DNA of 64,000 bases from Balanoglossus misakiensis. Lineage: Eukaryota > Animalia > Hemichordata. Shown here one piece after another: positions 1 through 13,896 of this stretch (position 1 is the stretch's first letter; each line of letters begins with the position of its first letter). A program made the translations under genes and the position numbers. A model generated the notes under the pieces. That model worked only from the letters and a program-made list of their open reading frames with translations, did not search any database and was not told the DNA's origin. The DNA lies in NCBI GenBank assembly GCA_040954595.2, contig CM082579.2, positions 13,455,834 to 13,519,833 of the forward strand. The letters are read 5' to 3'.

Positions 1-545
1 AAGGATGAGAAAAAATGCATTGATTTAATAGCGTGGTTGGTAAACTCGAAATTGTATACTCACACCGACAAAAAGCCAGGATGTAGAGGTCAAAAGGGGT
101 CATAAAAGTGGCATGATATAGCACAGTTGCCAGTGGTGTAATGTTTATATAAACTGTGCAACTTCATTCATATTTCTTAGTGGCAGTAATGTTATTATAA
201 ATATAAACTGACATCTGAAATCACTTTGCGATGTCGAAATTCAGTGGGAAGAAACAAACGCCAAAAGTTACCACATTTTATACTGACACTTATTTGTTTT
301 GTACAGTTTACCCTATGGATCCAGCTATCATAGGAATAGGTGCAATAATTGTAGCTTTGGTGGGCTGGTTGATCGCTTATGGGCTTGATCAATCATCCCA
401 TCTAGGCTACAATTATTGCAGATATCATAGGAAGGGCACATTGGGAACCCCCCCCCCCCCCTCACACACACACACACACACACACAATTTGGGCGACAAC
501 ACAATATATATATATGATGCAGTCTACAAGTTGCACCGAAATATC

Positions 546-1400
546 TTTAGGTCCCATTTGTACATACTGGTGGTACCTCATGAGATCGGTTGCGTCTGTA
601 TGGATGTATGTCCGTTCACATCAAAAACTTGAAAACCGCTGAGCATATAACCTCGATATTTGGTGTGCAGATGCAGGCAGGGCTGTAGATGGGAGTTTGT
701 TCAAATGAAGTTGTTGGGAAAAACGTAAATTTGGCCAAAACTCAGAAACTCAACAACCACTGGTCATATTGATTTGAAAATTGGTATGCATGTACCTTAT
801 ATTAACCTCACACAGTTGTGTATGTTTTGAACTAATAGTTTGAATTTTCTATAATTTATGTATTTTTTTGTCTTTTTCCACATTTTTGGTAAAAAATCTA
901 CTTTTCTGGAATTGATGACCTGACTTCTTTGAAATTTAGTATGGGGCTTCATATAGGTGATGTGAGTTATCAAAGTTTTGTTTAAATTTGCTGCAAAATT
1001 TGCAAATTTATAATTTTGGTGCAAATTTTGCCTTTTTGATCAATTTTTTTCTGTAAAACCATTTGTCAGATTGCTTTGAAATTTGGTAGGCATAGAGATG
1101 TGTGTTTGTCAAATCAATTTGTAGAATTCAATAGTATATTTTTGGGGTGAATATTGCCATTTTTGGTCAAAACTCTTTCTCAGAACCCTCTACCCCATTG
1201 CTTTGAAATTTGATTTGAAGGTTCCATGGTGAGTTGTCATGATGATTTACAAAACCTATGATGAAAGTGTCAATGTTTTGTGGGGGCAATGTCTTGTATT
1301 TTGGGGGTATATTTACCAATTTTGATAAAAAATTATATTTCTCAGAAAGTGTACACTGTATGGCTGATTTCTATAAATTTTAGTTGTAAGTTAATGGGAT
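546..1400 (+). mobile_element. Helentron/HINE-like non-autonomous repeat (5' part clear, 3' end uncertain)
   Basis: Starts TTTAGGTCCCATT, followed by a short GTAT/GGAT tract and a degenerate core. Same family as the reverse-oriented element at 3215-3696. Confidence 0.5.
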
Positions 1401-2335
1401 TGGCTTCTTTAGAATTATTATGAAATCATATCATAGGTAATTTGGAATTTCTACTGGGCTTGCGTTTGATATTTTATTTTTTACGCGCAGTGCACGCAAA
1501 GAGCCAATTTTTTTTTCGTGAAATTGTATTTGAAATACGTGCAACAAAATAGCGATAGACAAGCAGGCTTTCAGATAAACATACTTGAATGAGTTCTCCC
1601 TTCATGTCTAGATGGCCCAACACAAAAAATATCATTTAGAATGTAGCGAATAAAGTACATAAACATCATGAAAGAGACTGTGTACAGTGGTCCCCCCCCC
1701 CCCCCCGATACATATTAAGTACAGACAAGGTATGGAATTCTTGTGTTATATCATCAAGGAAAATGACCCAGAAGCCCTACTTGCTTTGTTATATCTAATG
1801 GCTTCTGTGTGCATAAATTATAGCCCGACACGTGTCAAGTTTGTGGCCTAGGTTACCGCACGTACATCATTGTGCGTCCTGCTACAGCATACAAGCGCGC
1901 GTACGCGTACATGTGTACAGGGCGCCTGACCGGCCAACCTTGACAAGGCGCTCCAGATAGCCTCGCCCGCTGTTATCTTTCAATGGATTTTTTGTGTGTG
2001 CATGTCACGCAACTGTGACAAAATATTTGCGCGCACACATTGTAGTTTTGTGTTATTTAGTGTTATTTTAAATGGGTGTCACACCGATTTAATCAGCCTC
2101 CATTCAAAGAGTACACAACAGTCGTGTTATGCATTAGCAAAAGATGATAAACTGATGCGGATACAATCAATATAGCTTAATGGTGATGATTCTAAAGCAG
2201 AAGGCTAATTGTCATTAGTATCATACATGCAGAGCCTGAATTTGCCACTTTCTATTGTTCTCACCAAATTTAGTGTAATAACCCATAAGTACCACCCTCT
2301 AATTTTAAAGAACACTAATTATGGAAGCCCATTAA

Positions 2336-2420
2336 CCCTTTCACAACCAAGGTTCAGTCAAAACCCATTGTTTTCTATGAAAAGGTTTGACCTGTATAGA
2401 AGGAACTTGGGGTGAAAGGG
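2336..2420. mobile_element. 85-bp piggyBac-like MITE
   Basis: TTAA-CCCTTTCAC...GTGAAAGGG-TTAA. A related, decayed copy lies at ~4652-4736. Confidence 0.6.
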
Positions 2421-2828
2421 TTAAAGGGACAAAGTCGCTCTTTTTGACTTTTGACTCACTTGCTTTTATTAGAGGTTCCTACCTTTAAATGTTTCATAAA
2501 ATGTTTAATCAAATCTGTCTACAATCAGAGTAGACATTGTTTACATATACCTTTTGTTAAATGATTGTTGTTGTATTTCAGATTGTTGTCAGGAGCAGGT
2601 GAGAAATATGGTATGATTTCTGAAGGTCTGAGTACTGCATTGCAGTTATTTGACGATATGAAGAGTTTACGATATTCAAGGTAATTATGGTAAAATTCTG
2701 AGTTTCAAGATCATTCTCTACATATGGCCCTGACTTTTTTTGGTGGTTTATCTGTTTTTGTAAAGTTCACCATGTCAACCAGGAAATGATTCCATACAGA
2801 CAGTGGAGTACAACTGAGATGTGAAGTA

Positions 2829-3843
2829 CATTGAAACCTGCCTAGGAAGGACACCTCTGGGACCACAAAATGTGTCCTTAATAGAGAGGTGTCCTTAAAG
2901 GGACAAATTCTCTCCCTCGCTGCCCCTTTTCCATGAATTAGGTTTGTTACAGGGCACCATTTCTGTTATTCTACATGTGGATATATAGTGAATCAATGTT
3001 TCACCACACACAACTTCAACCCTGCTTGTAGCCACCAGAGTGATAAAAAACACACGCCAATAATCAGTCTCTATCATTTATTCATTTTATGCGAGTTTTT
3101 ATGCTCATATCATTCAAGTGGTATGGAAATTGTGTATGGTTGAACGTTCATTAACTACATATACACATGTACATTAATATAAAATGTCTCTTGTATCAAA
3201 CATAATGGAAAAAATCGCGTCAAGGACACAGTGGTCCCATTGAGGGAATACACAAGAAAAAGTCTACACCGGAGTAAATGGCGATATACTGACAGACACA
3301 CACACTAAATAGAACAGCTGGCCTCTTTAAAACTTAGCCAGTTATGTAATCATTCAGGAATTTCCTGTGTATATAAACAACTCAATAAAGTAAATACACA
3401 CCACTTCGCAAAGCAATCTGACCAGTAGTTCTTGAGTTACTGAGTTTTGACTAAGTTCACATTTTTCCAGCTAATTTGCATATTTTTGGCAACGACAACT
3501 TCATTTGAACAAACTCCCATCTACAGCCCAGCCTGCATGTGCACACCAAATATCAAGGTGATACACACAGTGGTTTTCAAGTTTTTGATGTGGACGGACA
3601 TACATCCATACATCCATCCATACATACATACATACAGACGCAACCAATCCCATAAGGTCCCATGGTATATAGGCCTATACCAATGGGACCTAAAAAGGGC
3701 AGCGAGAGAGAGACTTTGTCCCTTTAACAGAAATGTGCATGTAATATTCTATTCAAACCATTACTCTTGTCTTGAACAATCTTTCCTTAATAGAGAGGTG
3801 TCCTGATTAGAGAGATGTCTGTATTAATTGACAGGTTTCACTG
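2829..3843. mobile_element. Tc1/pogo-like MITE carrying a nested insertion
   Basis: TA-CATTGAAACCTG...CAGGTTTCACTG-TA imperfect TIRs, with internal GGACACCTCT/AGAGGTGTCC motifs. Confidence 0.5.
3215..3696 (-). mobile_element. HINE/Helentron-like element inserted in an A/T run
   Basis: Absent from the paralogous site at ~13100 (ATGGAAAAAAAGGGCAG). Has sub-terminal inverted repeats (GGTCCCATT / AATGGGACC), an ATAC/ATCC microsatellite and a small terminal hairpin. Confidence 0.7.
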
Positions 3844-3988
3844 TATTATCAACATTTTCAGTTTCATAATCCTTCTGGATGTCTTTGTCAGAAAATTTTG
3901 ACAGCAGCCAAAAACTTTCTCTGCCATACTCACAATAAGAGAAAGCTTGCACCTGTGTTTTACTGTTAAATTACCACACCACAAAATA

Positions 3989-4193
3989 CTGTAAAACGGG
4001 TTATTTTCGCAAGCAACTAATTTTTGCGAAATACGCGAGAGCCAACAAAATGTGAAAATAAAAAGTTGCGTAAAATGTTTTTCGGAGATAAAGATGCAAT
4101 GAAATACAAGAACATGAAAATTAATCCTCGCATAACAGTTGCCTCTTTTAATATCGCAAAAATTTCCTGTCACGAAAATAATCCGTTTTACAG
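3989..4193. mobile_element. TA-flanked MITE
   Basis: TA-CTGTAAAACGG...CCGTTTTACAG-TA. Related partial copies at ~13390-13582 and at the end of each 1.6 kb unit. Confidence 0.6.
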
Positions 4194-4348
4194 TAATATT
4201 GAAGGTCAGAATGCTTTTGATGAGAGAACAATACACCAGTTGCAAAGTATCTTGACTAACATAAAAATGATTGAATTTTCTGAAGAAGTTATAATCTCGC
4301 AGTTGGTGTATTGTTTCCTCATCAAAAGCATTCTGACCTTCAATATTA
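4194..4348. repeat. Foldback element with ~50-bp inverted arms (second copy ~13588-13741)
   Basis: TAATATTGAAGGTCAGAATGCTTTTGATGAG...CTCATCAAAAGCATTCTGACCTTCAATATTA. Confidence 0.75.
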
Positions 4349-5276
4349 TTCTGTTGAGTTTTACATGCAATCTAGTCTATATATGTTCAGAGGCGATTTT
4401 ATCATCGGTAACAGATCCTAAATACTAAAAGAGCATAAAATGACTGCGACAGATACTTTGTTAGTTGTAACAGGTGTGAAATAAGAATTTGGATAACATT
4501 GACAGTATTTTGGCTATTGTTGGGGGGGGGGGGGGTGGAGCAATAAGTGATTTTGAAACCCCATGTAACACCTGTCTTACCATTAATATGACTGCATTTA
4601 TGGTACCATAAGGAATGCTAACAAAATGACTGGGGAACCCTGGTTACATTACCCTGATCACCACAATGGTTCAGTCCAACAGCATTGTTTTCTATGGTAA
4701 GGTTGGACCTCTGAAGAGGGAATTGGGGTGGAAGGGTTAAAAAAAAAACACTGACTGACAATACTGCCAATAACAAAATATTGTTTTATCTTCTCTTTGT
4801 ATACAGCACACCAATACAGAAACATTGTATATTGATCTGCAACTCTCCTCCATATCCTTTGCCAAGTCAAGATAGTATTAATTACAGTGGATTTACTGCA
4901 GAACAATTGGCTGCCATGTTGGGTGAGGTAAGTAAGCGATGTAAAACATTTCATACAACACTGCATACTAACAATAGTCATATCAACCTGACAAGGGAAG
5001 ATGAAAAAAAACACTAAGCCCCATTGAACAGCTGTATTTTCTTGGAATCTGGTTTTATAATAAACTTTGATTGATTGAAATGTGTTTTACATCTAAATGC
5101 ATCGTTTTGGGAACATTTTCTAGAATGTATGTGATTATTAAATTGAACTTGTATATTTGCTGGGGGCAACTATTTTTTCATTAAAGATGAGGAATGCCCA
5201 ATGTTCGGATTGTCTTCAAAAAGATGACAACAACTCAAGTCTCAAACACTCTTTGTTTTGAATTTTGAATTGTTTT

Positions 5277-8200
5277 TGTTGCATCAGTAACGACTTCACA
5301 TGTGGATGCCACATTTGATTCTTAGCAAATGTTGTATTTTGACAGAGAGGAGTCCATTCCTCAATCATATCACCCCGCAAACGGCCTGAACTCCAAAAAC
5401 TTAGCGACAACGCGTGAAGTACAGATGGTACCTATGAAGGATTATGCGGCTGATCCACACCACATGATACTTCTCAAAGGTTATCAACTTGCTGGTAGGT
5501 ATCTGTTGCTATGCAAATATTTGCAATCATACCATCCTGATTCTAAAGTTCACAGGTCAAATATATAACTTGTTTATGTGGCCATTTACAACCAATTCAT
5601 CATTTTGTGGTTTGTTAAGATTTTTATTACTCTAAATTGGTACTTCCATAAAATGGTTGTAATATATTTAATAATATTTATTACACATCACAAATTATTA
5701 TGCGCTCTTGGTTGGCTAATACTAAATATGATAGTACTTCATGACCTCTGCACACGAACTGTGCCTTACAGAAGTTATTTTCGCGAGTGATGCAGTGTAT
5801 TCTGTTGCAGTACTTTCACAAGCCAAGCATTTTATTCCCCATCATGTCAATGCCTGGCCAATGAATTACACATCCTCCTGAAAATTGCTGGTAGGTGAGA
5901 AATCAGTTTCCATGGTTGCATCCTGGATGAAACACTGGTACAGGTTCAAGACAAGTTTAGTGACATTGTGTAAATCCACAGAAGAATTTCACATCAACTC
6001 TATAATCTTCAATTTTTCTCATGATTGTGTTTCAGAAAAATCTGTGTCAAGTGGTGATACATAAGAGGTTGTCATCATGAAACCTAAAACCATAGCAACC
6101 ACTTCAGTGTCTACAACCACTACCACAACACAGCCATTGAAACCCGCATCAACAGTTACCATGTTTACAGCATCTACCTCCAGTATGACCTCAAATCCTC
6201 TCAAATCAACTGTTGGAAGTTCAACTCCAGGTAAAGTCTCCAGTGTTGCTTATGAGACATTTGTCAAATTAGGTCCGCACATAATTAGACCACCAAGTGA
6301 AGTGTGAGATATAGTAGAATATTGCCATGTTGATCTTCACTACAATATTAGTTAAAGTTATATAGCACTCTGTGATCAACGAGTTGAAAATACAGCATGA
6401 GCTGTAGTCCCCTTCATCAGCTGTACACGTAGAATGAACAGAGAAACAGAGAATCATGGGGTATTCAAAGTAGGAAATATGTGCAGGACCAGGTGCATCG
6501 ATCAGAAAAATTTCCTACAGTGGATTTTCTATCTGAGGATGGTGACTTCATGACCGCGATATTGTGCCCTAGAGCGAGGCACTTTACTTCTCATTGCTCT
6601 TGGGAGACTGGCTTTGTAGAGGTGATTTGCACCTGTTCTAGTCTTTCTACTAGACATATTTTCTGTGTTTGCGATTGATGAATTACTGTCTAATGGGAAA
6701 TTTTTGTAAACTTCGCGAGAACCAACAAATGCGAATTAAAAAGTCATATAAAAATGTTTTTCGGGGATATTGGTGAAGTTAGTGAAATATAAGAATGCGA
6801 AATTTAATTGTAGCATAACAGCTGTCTCTATTGATATTGCGAAAATTTCTTGTCACAGAAATTTCCCGTTTATTTAGTGTGTGTGTCTGTCAGTCTGTTG
6901 CATCAGTAACGACTTCACATGTGGATGCCACATTTTGATTCTTAGCAAATGTTGTATTTTGACACAGAGGAGTCCATTCCTCAATCATATCACCCCGCAA
7001 ACGGCCTGAACTCCAAAAACTTAGCAACAAAGCGTGAAGTACAGATGGTACCTATGAAGGATTATGCGGCTGATCCACACCACATGATACTTCTCAAAGG
7101 TTATCAACTTGCTGGTAGGTATCTGTTGCTATGCAAATATTTGCAATCATACCATCCTGATTCTAAAGTTCACAGGTCAAATATATAACTTGTTTATGTG
7201 GCCATTTACAACCAATTCATCATTTTGTGGTTTGTTAAAATGTTACTCGAAATCGGTACTTCCATGAAATGGTTGTAATATATTTAATAATATTTATTAC
7301 ACATCACAAATTATTATGCGCTCTTGGTTGGCTAATACTAAATATGATAGTACTTCATGACCTCTGCACACGAACTGTGCCTTACAGAAGTTATTTTCGC
7401 GACTGATGCAGTGTATTCTGTTGCAGTACTTTCACAAGCCAAGCATTTTATTCCCCATCATGTCAATGCCTGGCCAATGAATTACACATCCTCCTGAAAA
7501 TTGCTGGTAGGTGAGAAATCAGTTTCCATGGTTGCATCCTGGATGAAACACTGGTACAGGTTCAAGACAAGTTTAGTGACATTGTGTAAATCCACAGAAG
7601 AATTTCACATCAACTCTATAATCTTCAATTTTTCTCATGATTGTGTTTCAGAAAAATCTGTGTCAAGTGGTGATACATAAGAGGTTGTCATCATGAAACC
7701 TAAAACCATAGCAACCACTTCAGTGTCTACAACCACTACCACAACACAGCCATTGAAACCCGCATCAACAGTTACCATGTTTACAGCATCTACCTCCAGT
7801 ATGACCTCAAATCCTCTCAAATCAACTGTTGGAAGTTCAACTCCAGGTAAAGTCTCCAGTGTTGCTTATGAGACATTTGTCAAATTAGGTCCGCACATAA
7901 TTAGACCACCAAGTGAAGTGTGAGATATAGTAGAATATTGCCATGTTGATCTTCACTACAATATTAGTTAAAGTTATATAGCACTCTGTGATCAACGAGT
8001 TGAAAATACAGCATGAGCTGTAGTCCCCTTCATCAGCTGTACACGTAGAATGAACAGAGAAACAGAGAATCATGGGGTATTCAAAGTAGGAAATATGTGC
8101 AGGACCAGGTGCATCGATCAGAAAAATTTCCTACAGTGGATTTTCTATCTGAGGATGGTGACTTCATGACCGCGATATTGTGCCCTAGAGCGAGGCACTT

Positions 8201-11200
8201 TACTTCTCATTGCTCTTGGGAGACTGGCTTTGTAGAGGTGATTTGCACCTGTTCTAGTCTTTCTACTAGACATATTTTCTGTGTTTGCGATTGATGAATT
8301 ACTGTCTAATGGGAAATTTTTTGTAAACTTCGCGAGAACCAACAAATGCGAATTAAAAAGTCATATAAAAATGTTTTTCGGGGATATTGGTGAAGTTAGT
8401 GAAATATAAGAATGCGAAATTTAATTGTAGCATAACAGCTGTCTCTATTGATATTGCGAAAATTTCTTGTCACAGAAATTTCCCGTTTATTTAGTGTGTG
8501 TGTCTGTCAGTCTGTTGCATCAGTAACGACTTCACATGTGGATGCCACATTTTGATTCTTAGCAAATGTTGTATTTTGACACAGAGGAGTCCATTCCTCA
8601 ATCATATCACCCCGCAAACGGCCTGAACTCCAAAAACTTAGCAACAAAGCGTGAAGTACAGATGGTACCTATGAAGGATTATGCGGCTGATCCACACCAC
8701 ATGATACTTCTCAAAGGTTATCAACTTGCTGGTAGGTATCTGTTGCTATGCAAATATTTGCAATCATACCATCCTGATTCTAAAGTTCACAGGTCAAATA
8801 TATAACTTGTTTATGTGGCCATTTACAACCAATTCATCATTTTGTGGTTTGTTAAAATGTTACTCGAAATCGGTACTTCCATGAAATGGTTGTAATATAT
8901 TTAATAATATTTATTACACATCACAAATTATTATGCGCTCTTGGTTGGCTAATACTAAATATGATAGTACTTCATGACCTCTGCACACGAACTGTGCCTT
9001 ACAGAAGTTATTTTCGCGAATGATGCAGTGTATTCTGTTGCAGTACTTTCACAAGCCAAGCATTTTATTCCCCATCATGTCAATGCCTGGCCAATGAATT
9101 ACACATCCTCCTGAAAATTGCTGGTAGGTGAGAAATCAGTTTCCATGGTTGCATCCTGGATGAAACACTGGTACAGGTTCAAGACAAGTTTAGTGACATT
9201 GTGTAAATCCACAGAAGAATTTCACATCAACTCTATAATCTTCAATTTTTCTCATGATTGTGTTTCAGAAAAATCTGTGTCAAGTGGTGATACATAAGAG
9301 GTTGTCATCATGAAACCTAAAACCATAGCAACCACTTCAGTGTCTACAACCACTACCACAACACAGCCATTGAAACCCGCATCAACAGTTACCATGTTTA
9401 CAGCATCTACCTCCAGTATGACCTCAAATCCTCTCAAATCAACTGTTGGAAGTTCAACTCCAGGTAAAGTCTCCAGTGTTGCTTATGAGACATTTGTCAA
9501 ATTAGGTCCGCACATAATTAGACCACCAAGTGAAGTGTGAGATATAGTAGAATATTGCCATGTTGATCTTCACTACAATATTAGTTAAAGTTATATAGCA
9601 CTCTGTGATCAACGAGTTGAAAATACAGCATGAGCTGTAGTCCCCTTCATCAGCTGTACACGTAGAATGAACAGAGAAACAGAGAATCATGGGGTATTCA
9701 AAGTAGGAAATATGTGCAGGACCAGGTGCATCGATCAGAAAAATTTCCTACAGTGGATTTTCTATCTGAGGATGGTGACTTCATGACCGCGATATTGTGC
9801 CCTAGAGCGAGGCACTTTACTTCTCATTGCTCTTGGGAGACTGGCTTTGTAGAGGTGATTTGCACCTGTTCTAGTCTTTCTACTAGACATATTTTCTGTG
9901 TTTGCGATTGATGAATTACTGTCTAATGGGAAATTTTTTGTAAACTTCGCGAGAACCAACAAATGCGAATTAAAAAGTCATATAAAAATGTTTTTCGGGG
10001 ATATTGGTGAAGTTAGTGAAATATAAGAATGCGAAATTTAATTGTAGCATAACAGCTGTCTCTATTGATATTGCGAAAATTTCTTGTCACAGAAATTTCC
10101 CGTTTATTTAGTGTGTGTGTCTGTCAGTCTGTTGCATCAGTAACGACTTCACATGTGGATGCCACATTTTGATTCTTAGCAAATGTTGTATTTTGACACA
10201 GAGGAGTCCATTCCTCAATCATATCACCCCGCAAACGGCCTGAACTCCAAAAACTTAGCAACAAAGCGTGAAGTACAGATGGTACCTATGAAGGATTATG
10301 CGGCTGATCCACACCACATGATACTTCTCAAAGGTTATCAACTTGCTGGTAGGTATCTGTTGCTATGCAAATATTTGCAATCATACCATCCTGATTCTAA
10401 AGTTCACAGGTCAAATATATAACTTGTTTATGTGGCCATTTACAACCAATTCATCATTTTGTGGTTTGTTAAAATGTTACTCGAAATCGGTACTTCCATG
10501 AAATGGTTGTAATATATTTAATAATATTTATTACACATCACAAATTATTATGCGCTCTTGGTTGGCTAATACTAAATATGATAGTACTTCATGACCTCTG
10601 CACACGAACTGTGCCTTACAGAAGTTATTTTCGCGAGTGATGCAGTGTATTCTGTTGCAGTACTTTCACAAGCCAAGCATTTTATTCCCCATCATGTCAA
10701 TGCCTGGCCAATGAATTACACATCCTCCTGAAAATTGCTGGTAGGTGAGAAATCAGTTTCCATGGTTGCATCCTGGATGAAACACTGGTACAGGTTCAAG
10801 ACAAGTTTAGTGACATTGTGTAAATCCACAGAAGAATTTCACATCAACTCTATAATCTTCAATTTTTCTCATGATTGTGTTTCAGAAAAATCTGTGTCAA
10901 GTGGTGATACATAAGAGGTTGTCATCGTGAAACCTAAAACCATAGCAACCACTTCAGTGTCTACAACCACTACCACAACACAGCCATTGAAACCCGCATC
11001 AACAGTTACCATGTTTACAGCATCTACCTCCAGTATGACCTCAAATCCTCTCAAATCAACTGTTGGAAGTTCAACTCCAGGTAAAGTCTCCAGTGTTGCT
11101 TATGAGACATTTGTCAAATTAGGTCCGCACATAATTAGACCACCAAGTGAAGTGTGAGATATAGTAGAATATTGCCATGTTGATCTTCACTACAATATTA

Positions 11201-11720
11201 GTTAAAGTTATATAGCACTCTGTGATCAACGAGTTGAAAATACAGCATGAGCTGTAGTCCCCTTCATCAGCTGTACACGTAGAATGAACAGAGAAACAGA
11301 GAATCATGGGGTATTCAAAGTAGGAAATATGTGCAGGACCAGGTGCATCGATCAGAAAAATTTCCTACAGTGGATTTTCTATCTGAGGATGGTGACTTCA
11401 TGACCGCGATATTGTGCCCTTGAGCGAGGCACTTTACTTCTCATTGCTCTTGGGAGACTGGCTTTGTAGAGGTGATTTGCACCTGTTCTAGTCTTTCTAC
11501 TAGACATATTTTCTGTGTTTGCGATTGATGAATTACTGTCTAATGGGAAATTTTTGTAAACTTCGCGAGAACCAACAAATGCGAATTAAAAAGTCATATA
11601 AAAATGTTTTTCGGGGATATTGGTGAAGTTAGTGAAATATAAGAATGCGAAATTTAATTGTAGCATAACAGCTGTCTCTATTGATATTGCGAAAATTTCT
11701 TGTCACAGAAATTTCCCGTT
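5277..11720 (+). repeat. Tandem array of 4 near-identical ~1617-bp units, each with two MED25 pseudo-exons
   Basis: Matching ORFs recur at 5329/6949/8566/10183 and 6077/7693/9310/10927. Confidence 0.97.
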
Positions 11721-13896
11721 TTACAGTTCATAAATAAATCAACTAGATCTTTTTACTGCAGATGCCACACCAACTAATCATCTGTTACCTGGACGACCAA
11801 GTCAAATTGGAAGTCAGTCTCCACAACAACTGTCATCCTCTCAACAGAAACTGACTCAACCGAGTCAGCCCCAGATGCAGGGCCAAGGTAAAAGGTCATC
11901 AATGCCTGTTGCCCAGCCTACCAGTTTACCAAACCAACCAGTATCCACTGTCACAGCAAACAGGACACAACAACCCAATGTGACTGCCTCAAGTATCCCC
12001 ATGAGACAATTTTTGTCCACTCAGGTACAGTTGTTGTCTATGTGATTTAAATTAGCTGTTTCTAGTTACCCATCTTGTGAATTGAAAGCTTTTTATGACT
12101 GTTTCACATAGCCTTGTGTTACCATTTTCTATACAGTAAACTATTGTTTCAAAACACATTCAAAACTTCTGTTTTGGTTGCTAGAAACCCATTGTGAATG
12201 CAAAGACTCTTTTGGATAATGCCTGAGACTCAGTGATCAATTTCAATTTTTAATGAGATTAATGTTGATAAGCCCTAATGTGGGTATGTGTGTTGAAAAT
12301 AGGACTTAGAGAGTTGCAAGCTCAACATCGAATCAAAAATTGAAGTCATGAATTTAAAATGGGGTTTTGAATACTGGCCTTGATAATGCTTCATATTAAC
12401 TAGGTTTGTTACTCTTTTTGGACAGGCAACTTCACCACCAAAGATGACTTCCCAGCATGCACCAGCTGCTGCACTGAAAGTCGCAGAGGGTGTCATGCAA
12501 ATGGCAAATGCTAGTCAGTTCAGTAAGATGCCACCAATTGCTGCTGTGAATCCTATCAACTCACAGTCACGACAGAAATGGCCACAAAGAGGTAGGTACA
12601 GTCAAACCTGTCTATACTGGCCAGTCAAGGGACTTCCAAAACTGACATTTATAGACAGGTGGCTTCTATAGACTGGTCAATAAATGTGCAATGTACATGT
12701 ACATGAAATGAAACAAAGTTGCCACTACATAGAGGTGGCCACAAACACATAGTTGACTGTCATATATGTTATGTTGCCATGGCAGTCATTTACCATGAGT
12801 TCGATTATACATTGCCAAAACCGGAGGAAAAAAATATTCAAGTTCCCCTTTTCATATTCTCCATCAATGGTATAATACGCCAGTGTCATGACCACACACA
12901 ACTTCCACCCTGCTTGTAGCCACGAGAGTGAAAAAAACCTCACCAATATGAACAATCGGTCTCTATCATTTATTCATTTTGGGCGAGTTTTTATGCTCAT
13001 ATCATTCAAGCGGGATGGAAATTGTGTATGGTTGAACATTCATTCACTACATATACATATGTACATTAACATAAAATGTCTCTTGTATCAAACATAATGG
13101 AAAAAAAGGGCAGCGAGAGAGAGACTTTGTCCCTTTAATAGAAATGTGCATCTATTTCAACTATTACTTCTGTCTTGAACAATCTTTCCTTAATAGAGTG
13201 GTGTACTGATTAGAGAGATGTCTTATTGACAGGTTTCACTGTATAATATCAACATTTTCAGTTCCATAATCCTTCAGTGTTTGCCAGAGAATTTCGACAG
13301 CACTCAAAAACTTTCTCTGCCATACTCACAATAAGAGAAAGCTTGCACCTGTGTTTTACTGTTAAATTACCATACCACAAAAAACAGTTTGTTTTTGCGA
13401 GCAATAAAGTTTTCACGAAATATGCGAGAACCAACAAACGTGAAAATAAAAAGTCGCGTGAAATGTTTTTCGTAGATAAAGATGCAATGAAATACGAGAA
13501 TGTGAAAATTAATCCTCGCGTAACAGTTTGGTCTTTTAATGTCGCGAAAAATTTCCTTTCATGAAAATAATCCGTTTTACAGTCTGGTAATATTGAAGGT
13601 CAGAATGCTTTTGATGAGAGAACAATACACCAGTTGCAAAGTATCTTGACAAACATGAAATGATTGAATTCTCCAAAGAAGATATAATCTCGCAGTTGGT
13701 GTGTTGTTTCCTCATCAAAAGCATTCTGACCTTCAATATTATTCTGTTGAGCTATACATGCAATCTAGTCTATATATGAACAGAAACATTGTATATTGAT
13801 CTGCAACTCTCCTCCACATCCCTTGCCAAGTCAAGATAGTATTAATTACAGTGGATTTACTGCAAAACAATTGGCTGCCATGTTGGGTGAGGTAAG

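Larger units (their letters stand above)
2582..12591 (+). pseudogene. MED25: MED25 pseudogene fragment, copy 1 (VWA domain C-terminal half plus S/T/Q/P-rich exons)
   Basis: GT-AG exons: 2582-2680 (GAGEKYGMISEGLSTALQLFDDMKSLR), 4807-4927 (KHCILICNSPPYPLPSQDSINYSGFTAEQLAAMLGE), 5346-5494 (RGVHSSIISPRKRPEL.../DYAADPHHMILLKG, frameshifted), 6036-6230 (in-frame TAA), 11762-12024, 12426-12591. The motifs match the MED25 VWA domain (EGLSTALQLFDD, ICNSPPY, SPRK, DPxHMxL). Confidence 0.9.

Noticed and set aside
231-632. 133-aa ORF with a transmembrane-like stretch (MDPAIIGIGAIIVALVGWLIAYGL)
   Set aside because: It may be an orphan exon, but it runs into poly-C/(CA)n and a repeat, and no family is recognisable.
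5277-11720. CRISPR-like or spacer-bearing array
   Set aside because: The units are 1.6 kb, near-identical and contain introns, with no variable spacers.
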